From NCBI GenBank assembly GCA_973895155.1, contig OZ316895.1:13565186-13629185 (forward strand): DNA of 64,000 bases, given 5' to 3'. The stretch comes from Marsupella aquatica. Lineage: Eukaryota > Plantae > Marchantiophyta. Positions 42,553-54,562 of the stretch are shown here, one piece after another. The position numbers and the translations under genes were made by a program. Positions within the stretch are counted from its first letter, which is position 1. Each line of letters opens with the position of its first letter. The notes under the pieces are model-generated. The model was not told the origin of the DNA. It worked only from the letters and a program-made list of their open reading frames with translations, and did not search any database.

Positions 42553-42853
42553 GAGGACTCAATGACCAGTTCTCCTCGTCATCAGGTGGTTGCACCTTTG
42601 TTGTGGGATATGGACGAGATGTATGGGGCTACAAAGGGCCCACGACGATACTCTGGTGTAATTGGCACAATTGATCTGGATGACTTCATCCAGAAGTTTG
42701 ATACATGGTGCGATATGCAGACATTGCGTAACGCCACGTTGTTTACCCCTTTCATGGCATGGAAGGGATTATTTCAGCATTTGGAGGGGCCACCCATGGA
42801 TGACTACCATGAGTTTCGGAAGGCTCATTTGGTTGAGATTGAGGCATGGAGGC
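42553..42853 (+). pseudogene. 5' gag fragment of the DNMT-Gypsy family
   Basis: Near-identical to about 50037-50338 (MDEMYGATKGPRRYSG..DDFIQ.FDTWC..AWKGLFQHLEG). Confidence 0.9.
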
Positions 42854-43167
42854 TGTCGTGCGCATACACATCGCTACACAACATACATCGCTTGTCACAT
42901 ACATCCAAACATAGTCACACTGCCACATCACAAACACAAGAGAATGGAATACAAGTGGAACTCATGTCCACACATGTCCAAAACCCACAATCGCCCCCAT
43001 AGTTGGGAGTAAGGTCCCCTAACTCTAGCTAGCCATGAGTTCTACAAGGTTGATATACACCTTTTTAGGTGTGAAGATTAGGAGGCCGGGTGCAAGTGAG
43101 CCCCATCGATCACCTACCTGCAATCCATATCTGCCAAGAGAACACAAATGATAACTAGTCGGCTTCA

Positions 43168-43320
43168 CCGACACTAAGGACACAACCATGATCTACTAGG
43201 AATCACCTGCAATGGTGGTGTCAAACATGACATGTGCCATTCTCTAGAACACTTATCACAAATCAACATAGTAGCTGCTCCCTGAGTAGATCCACACAAC
43301 ATACATTTCAAGCCAGCACA
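43168..43320 (-). pseudogene. PHD finger at the integrase C-terminus
   Basis: C4HC3 pattern CMLC..LICDKCSREWHMSCLTPPL..IP...WLCP*C; a TAG at 43174-43176 precedes the last Cys, then R-stop. Confidence 0.88.
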
Positions 43321-43644
43321 AACATGTGCCAAGCTTGGATCTACTGTACCATCAATGTTGGGAATGTGACACGGTGCACAATTGCGCACATGATCCTCCC
43401 AAACCATACCATCGCGTCCCTCCAACATCAGGACACCAGAAGGCAACACTTCACGCACACGTAAGATTGTCCGGCCTGCGGTCACATCAAGTGTTGTGGG
43501 TGCTGTCTGCTGCAAATAAACATAATCACCAGGATGAAATCGTCGAATGCTTGCACGGTAACCTCCTCCACAAATAGTGGCATACCTCAAAGTATCACGA
43601 TGTTGGGCAATGGCAAGGTTATCAAAAGCCATGGGCATCACTCT

Positions 43645-44706
43645 CTAAAATACCCATGCTCTCTCTGAACACACCTTGACCCAAACATCAGGATCATCCA
43701 AGTTCACAACTGGTGCAACATCACGACGAATAGCTGCTGGCAAATCTGGCTCTCTACCATAGAGCAAACAGTAAGGTGAGAAGGATGCAAGTGATGCTTG
43801 CCGACTGAAACGGTAGCCCATAGCTAACCAAGGTAGCTGGAGATCCCAATCTCCCAGATGATCAACCTGCAAGCCATACTTACGCAATCCTCTCTTCACA
43901 GTTTGCACAACTCTCTCAGCTAATCTATCTGCCTCAAGATGATCACGAGAGGTAGTACGATGATCAATCAAAGCTTGTTCACACAAACTCTCAAACTCTC
44001 CACGGAACTCAATTCCCTTATCAGTCAACACCTCAACTGGTGCTCCAAAATGACTGAGTACGCGATCCAAAAATGTAGCAGCAACTCCTCCACTAGCTTT
44101 ATCTGGCAACACCACTAGCTCAATCCACTTGGAGAAGCGCTCCACCATGACCAAAACATACCAATTATGGCGTTGGATAAGAGGTAATGGACCAGCAAAA
44201 TCCAAACTCCAACGATATCCCAAACCCATGATCGGTAACGGGTGCAACTGGGGAGTGGGAGCATTAAATGATGCTCTCACTCTATCGCATACCACACACT
44301 TAGCTATCAACTGCTGGACATGAGTGTGCATACCACGCCACCAATATTGTGTCTGCAGCAAGCTATAAGTGCGCTTCACACCAAAGTGACCCAACTCCTC
44401 ATGTGCATGTCGCACCAAATATACTCGTTGTGATGGTTTTGGTACCACCAACACCCTACCATCATGCAGTACTCTCAAAAGATGGTTTCCCTCCCATCGA
44501 AACCTCTTGGCTCTTTGTAGAACCCTGTCACGTTCTTTGGCATCAACACTGCCAACAATAGAACCACTGTGCAGATATTCCAACACTCTCACATCATTGT
44601 GAATATCTTGTTGTCCAAAAGTTACCTCACCAACATCCACATCTGAAGACTCATCATCCACTCCATCCAATGAGGTAGAGTCCACAGATCCACTGTATGC
44701 TGGCAC
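43645..44706 (-). pseudogene. Gypsy integrase (copy A)
   Basis: HAHEELGHFG..YWWRGM..CVVC, WSLDFAGP, LTDKG.EF, AERVVQTVK, SPYCLLYGREP. Confidence 0.92.
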
Positions 44707-45659
44707 CCAACAAAGAAAGGCAGATGCATGTCATCCTAGCACCATCTCCTTATCTGACTCATCATGCCATCTGGCTCCAGTCTCATCCTGCTGACTGGTA
44801 CATGGATTGCGGCTTAATCCATCTGCATCTAAGTTCACTTTTCCAGGCCTATGCACCACCTGGAAATTATACTCCTGTAACAACAATGCCCATCGTGCAA
44901 GCTTCCCTGTAAGCTTGTCAGACTCCATTAACCACTTAAGAGGCTGATGATTAGTGATCAAGGTGAAGGGGTTACCAAACAAGTAGCAACGAAAGTGTGC
45001 AACAGCCCACACTGCTGCCAAACACTCTCCCTCATAAGAGCTATACTTAGCCTCTACTGAATTGTTTGATCTACTGGCATAAGCCACAACAAACTCATTC
45101 CCCTCATCATCCTTCTGAGTCAGCACTGCTCCAAGTCCTACTCCACTCCAATCAGTGTGTAGCTGAAATGGTTTGCCTGAACGGTATCTCCATGAGCTCT
45201 CTCCATGTCACTGTAACGGTATATATGGCCTACGAAAGATTGGCGCATAACTAGCCAATTCAATCTGAATACCAGGACCCTTTAATGTCCCCAAATCTTT
45301 CATGCTAAATGCAAAACAATTTCAGTAACTCTTCAGGAATCGATGCATGCGACGTTTCTCCTTCCCTGTCAACTTAGGGCCAAGCTGTGGTTCCCAACTC
45401 TCCACCAAATCCCTAATATCTCTTTGTAGGGTAGAAGAGATAGCCAATGATTGCTATTTAGCAGTAGATTGAGCAGTCCCTTCCTGCTCAACAATCTATC
45501 CAGCCTTGGCCAATCCTGCCATAGGTCCATGGACTGTCTGCTCGCCCCCAGCTGTGGTCAATACTGTCTTAGTGGACCGCAAGCTCACCAAGGGACAATC
45601 AGTAATTCCAGTAGAGCGCATCCGCAACTGTTCAGCTACTCCCAAGCTGATAATCCAAG

Positions 45660-46591
45660 TCAAACAATTCAGGTCCATTGCTTGACCAAGAACCTGGCGC
45701 CGCAAACCCTCTGACAGAGAGGCAACTGCAGTGGTGCCAGTCAAAAATCCCATAGCACGCTCTCTCTCATCAGCAGTAGGTTCCACTAACTGCTGGAGAG
45801 CTGTGTCCCACACAAGTCCAGGGCCACCTACTCTGAATGCATATGAAGTAGAGTGGCTTACAAGAGTGGGTAATGCACAACGTGGGCACCCAACTACATT
45901 GACCATTGCCAATGGAGGTCTATCAGGTTGGGTCACATCCTGTGCACGACGTCCTGAATCCAAAATATCATCCACCACTAAGGCTGGTGAGCGTGGAATG
46001 TTGTCAAATGCGCACTTCAGCACCTCACATGGGATCAAATTAGTCCACCACAAGTGTGGAAGATGTGCACGAGAACCCGCACGTGCAACATCCAATAACA
46101 TAGCAGGTCCAATCCAAGACCTTACCTGGTGAACACTGGCAACAATCCGACTACGATCATCATCTAACAATAGCACATTCTCCAAAATGTATGTTGGAGA
46201 CTGTGTCTGATGTAGCTGGAGATGACGCAGCACCCGTAACATCTCCCAAAACAATGCAGAGCGTGGATCATGAAGTCCATGCCCAACGCCAGCTCTAGAT
46301 TGGCCCTAACATGGCCAACCAGCAATCACCAAATCAATGGGGCCAACACGATGCAGATGATCTGCCCCCAGCAATGAAATATCAGCAGATAGTGCATGCT
46401 GATAACCATGAACAGCATCCACTGGCAGCAACTATGGATATCTATCCACCAACATAGCCACATGTCGCAAATGAGACCCTTTGTGCTGTCTCATCTGACT
46501 CCACATACAAATAACGACGCACAATAATTCCTGCCTGAAGAATAGCAGCCAATCCAGTGCTAATCCCACCAAAAAGATCCAACAAACAAAT
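45660..46591 (-). pseudogene. DNMT3-like C5 cytosine methyltransferase domain (copy A)
   Basis: LLDLFGGISTG (I), YVESD (II), DLVIAGWPC*G (IV; CAG>TAG at 46306-46308), YILENV (VI), SRAHLPHLWWTN (VIII), ERERAMGF (IX), RRQVLGQAMD (X). Confidence 0.9.
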
Positions 46592-48799
46592 ACCCTCTGG
46601 TGGATACTGCCAAGCAATAGGAGTGGTATCCAATGGTGAAAGAGTCACAGGTCCATCTGCAAGAGGCTGTTCTGCTCCTGACTGTGGTGTAAAAGCATGA
46701 CGCCATGCATCATGTACCAATCGTGCTGCTGTCTATGGCAAGGCCTATGTAGTGCCCCACACTGGTGGCACAACACTGCCAACAGGTAATCCTCGCATGA
46801 TGTGCTCCTTATGAGACTCCTCCAATGGTGGAACATATGCTGCATGCGCATTACCCTCAATCAAATCATCAGGTCCAACAATTAGACCATTGAATGCTGC
46901 CAAAGACAATGGTGTGGATTTAGGGCCTCCCATAGGTCCACTAAATCTCACTGGCAATTTTCTCAATCAAGCATCTCCTGACTGCCAATCAGGTCTATAT
47001 GACACTGATTCCTCCCAAAAATCAAGAATAAATCCCATGGGTAGAGCACTGTACATCCCACCAACACATCATATGACTCTGCCTTAGTCAGAATAGCTCG
47101 CGCCTATATCTGTGAGCTATCTATGATATGACCTTCCTGAATCCTCAAATCAAGAGGTCTCCTGGTAATGTGTTGTGTAGGTGTAGGTCCCCCCAATGAA
47201 GTCTGAATGGGAAAGGGACAATCCTCCAAATCCTCTGGACGCAATCCCAATCCACGTATGGCAGACTTTCCCAACATCAAGGGCTGAGCACCAGTATCCA
47301 GTAACACCCTCTCTGGCTGGTATACTGCTCCAGAAGGCCCAACTAATCGGAAGATACCACTCCGATTATCCAATGACAACACTAGGTTTAAACCTAGTCC
47401 TCTCAAATGCAGGGCATGCTGGTAAATCCACCAACCTCGCTGCTGCTGCATGCCATGTCTCACTAGTAGTAGTAGGTGGCATGGTCTTCACTACATCAAC
47501 ACTACAAGTTGCTTCTGCATGGGAAGCAACCACTGGAGTGTCCTCACATAGTGTAGCTGCCAATCTGAACACTTCTGCAGGACCAACTTCCAAGTTCAGC
47601 ATGTCTGTTGCTGAAAATAATGGGGCGCGTACCATGGCAATAGCCGCCCCCAGCAAGGTACTTGTCATCCCTGCTGCATCACTACCTGATTCTGCCAACT
47701 TACCCACGTTAGGGTTTGTCCGAACCGGGTTCATAGAGGCAGTCTGAACTGTCTCTGACAATGTAAAAGACTGAGGAAGCTTTGTCTGCCGACGTGCATT
47801 CCCCCTCTATGGATCTAACTCCACTACTGCTCCTCGGGGCTCAAGAGCTTTGGCTGCCCCACGTGTCAAAGCTGCTGATGCATCAATATGTGCAGTGCCA
47901 CACATGAATCCCATGGTGGCAAGGTCTCCATCAGCTCCATAAGATGTGGAAGGACCATGGGATGTGGAAGGTCCATAGGATGTTGATGCCCCATCACCAG
48001 AAGTAGGTCTCACCTGGGAACTAGCCATGGCAGCTAGCTATTGCTCCAATTGAGCAATCTTAGCATCCTTTGGATCTATGGTTACAGCAGGGACAGCATC
48101 ACCTCCATGTCTCCCTGCATGTGGCATGCCATGACCACGTCCACCACCTCTACCTCCTCCTCCTCTTCCCTGATCATGTGTACGGGATCCTCCCCTTCAT
48201 AACTCAGGGTGGAATGAGAAACACCTATCCTTGGTGTGTCCAGGAGCTCCATAGTGATCACACTATCGCTGATCAGGCAATGATGCTCCCCCTGATCCTC
48301 TATGATCTGGGCAATATCTCTGTGCATGATCCCCACCACAGGTCCAACATCCTGACCGCTGTCTAGCATAAGAGGGCACAGGTCTCTGACTGGTAGACTC
48401 TCGTGCAGTAGGCTTCTCCCTCTGGCTCTTTCATGCAATAGGTTGTGGTGTGGATGTAGATGCAGCCTTTGGTGCTTCCTTGGCAAATCCGAAAGTCACC
48501 ACCTTCTCATTCACCATATTGAGCTCAATGCGCTCAGAAAGGGTAAAAACAACTGCTAATGTGGGATCTGCATCCCTAAGCAGAGTGACATCTCTCACTC
48601 TACGTCACAATTCTCTGTCCAAAATTGCATACCAAAACTGGACTGCCTGAGCCTCTGTCACTCCCTTAGTGACAGTGATCAATTTGCGCATACGAGTGTA
48701 TGCCTCACGTAGACTTTCTCTAGTCTTGCGCTGGAACTCCTGGTGACCCTTCAACTTATTAGTTCTCACACCCTGATAGTCACAATCACACCGGTAGGA

Positions 48800-51700
48800 T
48801 CGTTGGTTCTATTTAAGTACTTTGTTGCTATTTGATCTGGTTCTGGCCAAGCTTGAACGTTGTTGGATTTGGATCTGGTCTAGATCTGGATCTGGATCTG
48901 GAAAGAGATGGCCGAAGGTTGCTGCTTGTATCGCACTGCTATTCTGTGGACAGATCTGTTAGAATTTTGAGTGCTTGCAGCATTTTATTGTCAAGGGACG
49001 CTCGCGAAATGTCCCAAAACCATGCACGATAGGTTTGCAGAGGTCGAGAGCCATCGACGTTGCCGTTGTTGTGAAGGAAATTGCTGCTTTCGAGTGGCAA
49101 ATATTGCCATTTCTGAGCCCGACGATTTCTGTTTTGTATACACACACAACTGTGCGCGCATAAGGCGACATGTGAGGTCACCCATCCCGAAAGTGCTCCC
49201 AACCGAGAGCGCAAAGTCACCCATTGCGAGCGCAAGCAGGCGCGAGGTCGAGGTTACCCATCCCAGGGCTATTCCGGGTCGTGAGCGCGAGGGGAGGCAC
49301 AAGGTCGAGCGCGAGGAGGTCACCCATCCCGGGGTTATTCCCAGCCGCAAGCGCTTAAACTGGCAAGTTCTCATCCCACCTTGTGTACACACAATTTTTC
49401 ACAATTTGTTGTTTAGATTCAAGCGCCAAGGGGCTTTATACACTTTCCGATTTGCTTAGAGCCTTGTTTCAGGCCAAATCAGAGGCTCTTTAGAAGTTTT
49501 TGATAGTTCTGAGTTCATCTAAATACACAGATTGAACCAATTGTGCATGGTTTCTCATCTATAACATTGGGACATCATGAAGCCTATTATGAAGGCCTTT
49601 CATTGAACATTATGAATATTTGTTTGATCAATGTGTGATCACTCTTGGTGTGAAGAGTTAGTGTTTGATTATTCTTGTTGATTGGATCCTCTCCACACTT
49701 ATTTCCTGTTTATGCACCATGTTGGTTCGGTGTGGGCGCTTGATTCCATAGGAGTGATCCGGGTTTGCAACTGGATATTCTAGTGTGCTATGTATTTCTT
49801 TCCTGGTGATGTTGGAGTGATGCCCAACACACCAAGGTGAGTGCTTGTGGTGCTGACAGGGATAGATTGTCCTTAGGGTTAGCACATAGATTAGGTTAGG
49901 GTTGGTCACCACGGATTCTTCTGGTGCTACTGGATTACCCGATGGACGACGGACTGGTTTCACTCGGAGTGGGGCACAGTTTCGGCCAGCGGCATTGGTA
50001 GCAGTCAGTAGTGCAGCTTCAAATAGTGATTCTGATGAGGACTCAGTGACCAGTTCTCCTCATCATCAGGTGGTTGCACCTTTGTTGTGGGATATGGACG
50101 AGATGTACGGGGCTACAAAGGGCCCACGACGATACTCTGGTGCAATTGGCACAATTGATCTGGATGACTTCATCCAGGAGTTTGATACGTGGTGCGATAT
50201 GCAGACATTGCGTAACGCCACATTGTTTACCCCTTTCATGGCATGGAAGGGATTATTTCAGCATTTGGAGGGGCCACCCATGGATGACTACCATGAGTTT
50301 TGGAAGGCTCATTTGGTTAAGATTGAGGCATGGAGGCAGCATTGGTCGCCTAATTACGTGTCCATCACCTATGGCACTAGTGCGGTTGCCCAACCCATTG
50401 CCACATCTGCTGCTTCTTCTAGCAGCACTAGCCAGAGTGGCACACCATCCACCAGCAGCATCCACCGCTACTCCTACCGGTGTGATTGTGACAGGAACTG
50501 GAGTTGCGCCAACATTTAACCCTGTGGTGGAATTCTTTGAGGTACTGAAGCAGAACTATCAGGGTGTAAGAACTGATAAGTTGAAGGGTCTTCAGGAGTT
50601 CCAGCACAAGACTGGAGAGAGTCTACGTGAGGCATACACTCGTATGTGCAGATTGATCATTGTCACCAAGGGAGTGACAGAGGCTCAGGCAGTCCAGTTT
50701 TGGTATGCAATTTTGGACAGAGAATTGCGACGTAGAGTGAGAGATGTCACTCTGCTTAGGGATGCAGATCCCACATTAGCAGTTGTTTTTACCCTTTCTG
50801 AGCGCATTGAGCTCAATATGGTGAATGAGAAGGTGGTGACTTTCGGATTTGCCAAGGAAGCACCAAAGGCTGCATCCACATCCACACCACAACCTTTTGC
50901 ACGGAAGAGCCAGAGGGAGAAGCCTACTGCACGAGATTCTATCAGCTAGAGACCTGTGCCCTCTTATGCTGGACAGCAGTCAGGATGTTGGACCTGTGGT
51001 GGGGATCATGCACAGAGATATTGCCTAGATCATAGAGGATCAGGGGGAGCATCATTGCCTGATCAGCGACAGTGTGATCACTGTGGAGCTCTTGGACACA
51101 CCAAGGATAGGTGTTTCTCATTCCATCCTGAGTTACGGAGAGGAGGATCCCGTACACATGATCAAGGAAGAGGAGGAGGAGGTAGAGGCGGTGGACGTGG
51201 TCGTGGCATGCCACATGCAGGGAGACATGGAGGTGACATTGCCCCTGCTGTAACCATAGATCCAAAGGATGCTAAGATTGCTCAATTGGAGCAACAGCTA
51301 GCTGCCATGGCTAGTTCCCAGATGAGACCTACTTCTGGTGATGGGGCATCAACATCCTATGGACCTTCCACATCCCATGATCCTTCCACATCTTATGGAG
51401 CTGATGGAGACCTTGCCACCATGGGATTCATGTGTGGCACTGCACATATTGATGCATCAGCAGCTTTGACACTTGGGGCAGCCAAAGCTCTTGAGCCCCG
51501 AGGAGCAGTAGTGGAGTTAGATCCATAGAGGGGGGATGCACGTCGGCAGACAAAGCTTCCTCAGTCTTTTACATTGTCAGAGACAGTTCAGACTGCCTCT
51601 ATGAACCCGGTTCGAACAAACCCTAACATGGGTAAGTTGGCAGAATCAGGTAGTGATGCAGCAGGGATGACAAGTACCTTGCTGGGGGCGGCTATTGCCA

Positions 51701-53641
51701 TGGTACGCGCCCCATTATTTTCAGCGACAGACATGCTGAACTTGGGAGTTGGTCCTGCATAAGTGTTCAGATTGGCAGCTACACTATGTGAGGACACTCC
51801 AGTGGTTGCTTCCCATGCAGAAGCAACTTGTAGTGTTGATGTAGTGAAGACCATGCCACCTACTACTACTAGTGAGACATGGCATGCAGCAGCAGCGAGG
51901 TTGGTGGATTTACCAGCACGCCCTGCATTTAAGAGAACTAGGTTTAAACCTAGTGTTGTGTCATTGGATAATCGGAGTGGTATCTTCCGATTAGTTGGGC
52001 CTTCTGGAGTAGTATACCAGCCAGAGAGGGTGTTACTGGATACTGGTGCTCAGCCCTTGATGTTGGGAAAGTCTGCCATACGTGGATTGGGATTGCGTCC
52101 AGAGGATTTGGAGGATTGTCCCTTTCCCATTCAGACTTCATTGGGGGGACCTACACCTACACAACACATTACCAGGAGACCTCTTGATTTGAGGATTCAG
52201 GAAGGTCATACCATAGATAGCTCACAGATACAGGCGCAAGCTATTCTGACTAAGGCAGAGTCATATGATGTGTTGGTGGGATGTACAGTGCTCTACCCCA
52301 TGGGATTTATTCTTGATTTTTGGGAGGAATCAGTGTCATATAGACCTGATTGGCAGTCAGGAGATGCTTGATTGAGAAAATTAATTGCCAGTGAGATTTA
52401 GTGGACCTATGGGAGGCCTAAATCTACACCATTGTCTTTGGCAGCATTCAGTGGTCTAATTGCTGGACCTGATGATTTGATTGAGGGTAATGCGCATGCA
52501 ACAGATGTTCCACCATTGGAGGAGTCTCATAAGGAGCACATCATGCGAGGATTACCTGTTGGTAGTGTTGTGCCACTAGTGTGGGGCACTGCACAGGCCT
52601 TGCCACAGACAACAGCATGATTGGTACATGATGCATGGCGTCATGCTTTTACACCACAGTCAGGAGCAGAACAGCCTCTTGCAGATGGACCTGTGACTCT
52701 TTCACCATTGGATACCACTCCTATTGCTTGGCAGTATCCACTAGAGGGTATTTGTTTGTTGGATCTTTTTGGTGGGATTAGCACTGGATTGGCTACTGTT
52801 CTTCAGGCAGGAATTATTGTGCGTCGTTATTTGTATGTGGAGTCAGATGAGACAGCACGGAGGGTCTCATTGTGACATGTGGCTATGTTGGTGGATAGAT
52901 ATCCATAGTTGCTGCCAGTGGATGTTGTTTGTGGTTATCAGCATGCACTACCTACTGATATTTCATTGCTGGGGGCAGATCATCTACATTGTGTTGGCCC
53001 CATTAATTTGGTGATTACTGGTTGGCCATGTCAGGGCCAATCTAGAGCTGGCGTTGGGCATGGACTTCATGATCCACGCTCTGCATTGTTTTGGGAGATG
53101 TTACGGGTGCTGCGTCATCTCCAGCTACATCAGACACAATCTCCAGCATACATTTTGGAGAATGTGCCATTGTTAGGTGATGATCATAGTCAGCTTGTTG
53201 CCAGTGTTCACCAGATGAGGTCTTGGATTGGACCTGCTGTGTTATTGGATGCTGCACGTGTGGGTTCTCGTGCACATCGTCCACGCTTGTGGTGGACCAA
53301 TTTGATCCCATGTGAGGTGTTGAAGTGCGCATTTAACAACATTCCACGCTCACCAGCCTTAGTGGTGGATGATATTTTGGATCCAGGGCGTCGTGCACAG
53401 GGTATGACCCAACCTGATAGACCTCCATTGGCAATGGTCAATGCAATTGGGCGCCCACGTTGTGCATTACCCACTCTTGTAAGCCACTCTACTTCATATG
53501 CATTCAGAGTAGGTGGCCCTGGACTTGTGTGGGACACAGCTCTCCAGCAGTTAGTGGAACCTACTGCTGATGAGAGAGAGCGTGCTATGGGATTTTTGAC
53601 TGGCACCACTGCAGTTGCCTCTCTGTCAGAGGGTTTGCGGC
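48800..53641 (+). mobile_element. Ty3/Gypsy copy B: LTR/leader-gag-PR-DNMT, cut by another Gypsy insertion
   Basis: Non-coding leader with a candidate LTR end tgctgaca at 49858; gag from about 49.9 kb with knuckles CWTCGGDHAQRYC and CDHCGALGHTKDRC; protease LLDTGAQ (about 52035); MTase 52750-53641. Similarity to copy A ends abruptly at 53641. Confidence 0.9.
52750..53641 (+). pseudogene. DNMT3-like C5 cytosine methyltransferase domain (copy B)
   Basis: LLDLFGGISTG, YVESD, ITGWPCQGQS (catalytic PCQ at 53026-53034), GLHDPRSALFWEM, YILENV, AHRPRLWWTN, ERERAMGF. In-frame stops near 52873 and 52906. Confidence 0.92.
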
Positions 53642-54562
53642 TGTGGTGCGTCCCATGGCTCCCTAAACCCAAGAAACCCCCCAGCTCAAGCCGATTCCCG
53701 CAGGTTTCGTGCTTGGCGAGGCCGTTTCCGCGGCTTAGCGGCATGGGACGCTGCTAACCTTCTACTACTACTATTAACATTTTACACACATATACTGGAC
53801 AGATCCTTCATCGGGTCATGAGATACGTAGCCGGCCTAATATAGGCCTTCCCCTGTCTTCCCCTGTCTTCCCCTCCGTCTTGTTAGGTATGTTTGGATTC
53901 CGCCGCCGGAATGATCCCCAATAGGCTTGGTTAAGCCGCTAAGACCTCTCTTAGCTCGACACATCCAACTCTCACTCCCCTGCTTACTTTCCTTCCTTCT
54001 GTTGATGTGGGCACTCTTCACACAAGTTAATGCGACACACAAATAGCAAAATGACTCATTCTGACTGAGTCATACCATGCACTTGCCATACAAACAGTAC
54101 ATCTCATACACAAGTTCTGCGAACTAAGCCGTGAGGCCAACTCTATTCAGCTCTTAGGCATGAGGAAACATGAATATACACAAGGGTCACTGTATGACTA
54201 ACCGAGAGCTTCTCGTACTACTTGATCCCAGCCCGGCTGGTGCAAACTAAAAACTTGCTAAAGAAGAGGCCCTGAGCTCCCCGCTGCCCAGGTACTTATC
54301 CTGGTAGTGGATCCGCCATTCTTTGCATCGTAAGCCTAATCTACTTAACAGTAATCTACTTGCCCGAATCTACCTACGTACAGCAAGGCAGGAGCACAAG
54401 TGTTGCTCCTACCAGTGGGACCGCAATCCCACTAAGCTAAGTGTCAGGGCCGCTCCTGGTTCTGATCCTAATCCTAAACGTGGAGATCCGCGCCCGCCCT
54501 GCCCACTCACGCCTCCTCCCTCCACGTCCGCCCTCCCTAAAAGGAACGGCGCCCTTGCACCG

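Larger units (their letters stand above)
42854..48799 (-). mobile_element. Ty3/Gypsy copy A: gag-PR-DNMT-(RT core deleted)-RH-INT-PHD
   Basis: Protease LLDTGAQ (about 47300), C5-MTase motifs (45660-46591), RNase H (QLHTDWS..AYASRS..EGECLAAVWAV), integrase HHCC plus D,D,E (43645-44706), PHD. Many stops and frameshifts. Confidence 0.9.

Noticed and set aside
52750-53641. Host DNMT3/DRM gene or bacterial restriction-modification MTase
   Set aside because: It has no introns, is embedded after gag-protease in both copies, is not permuted like DRM, and has no endonuclease partner.
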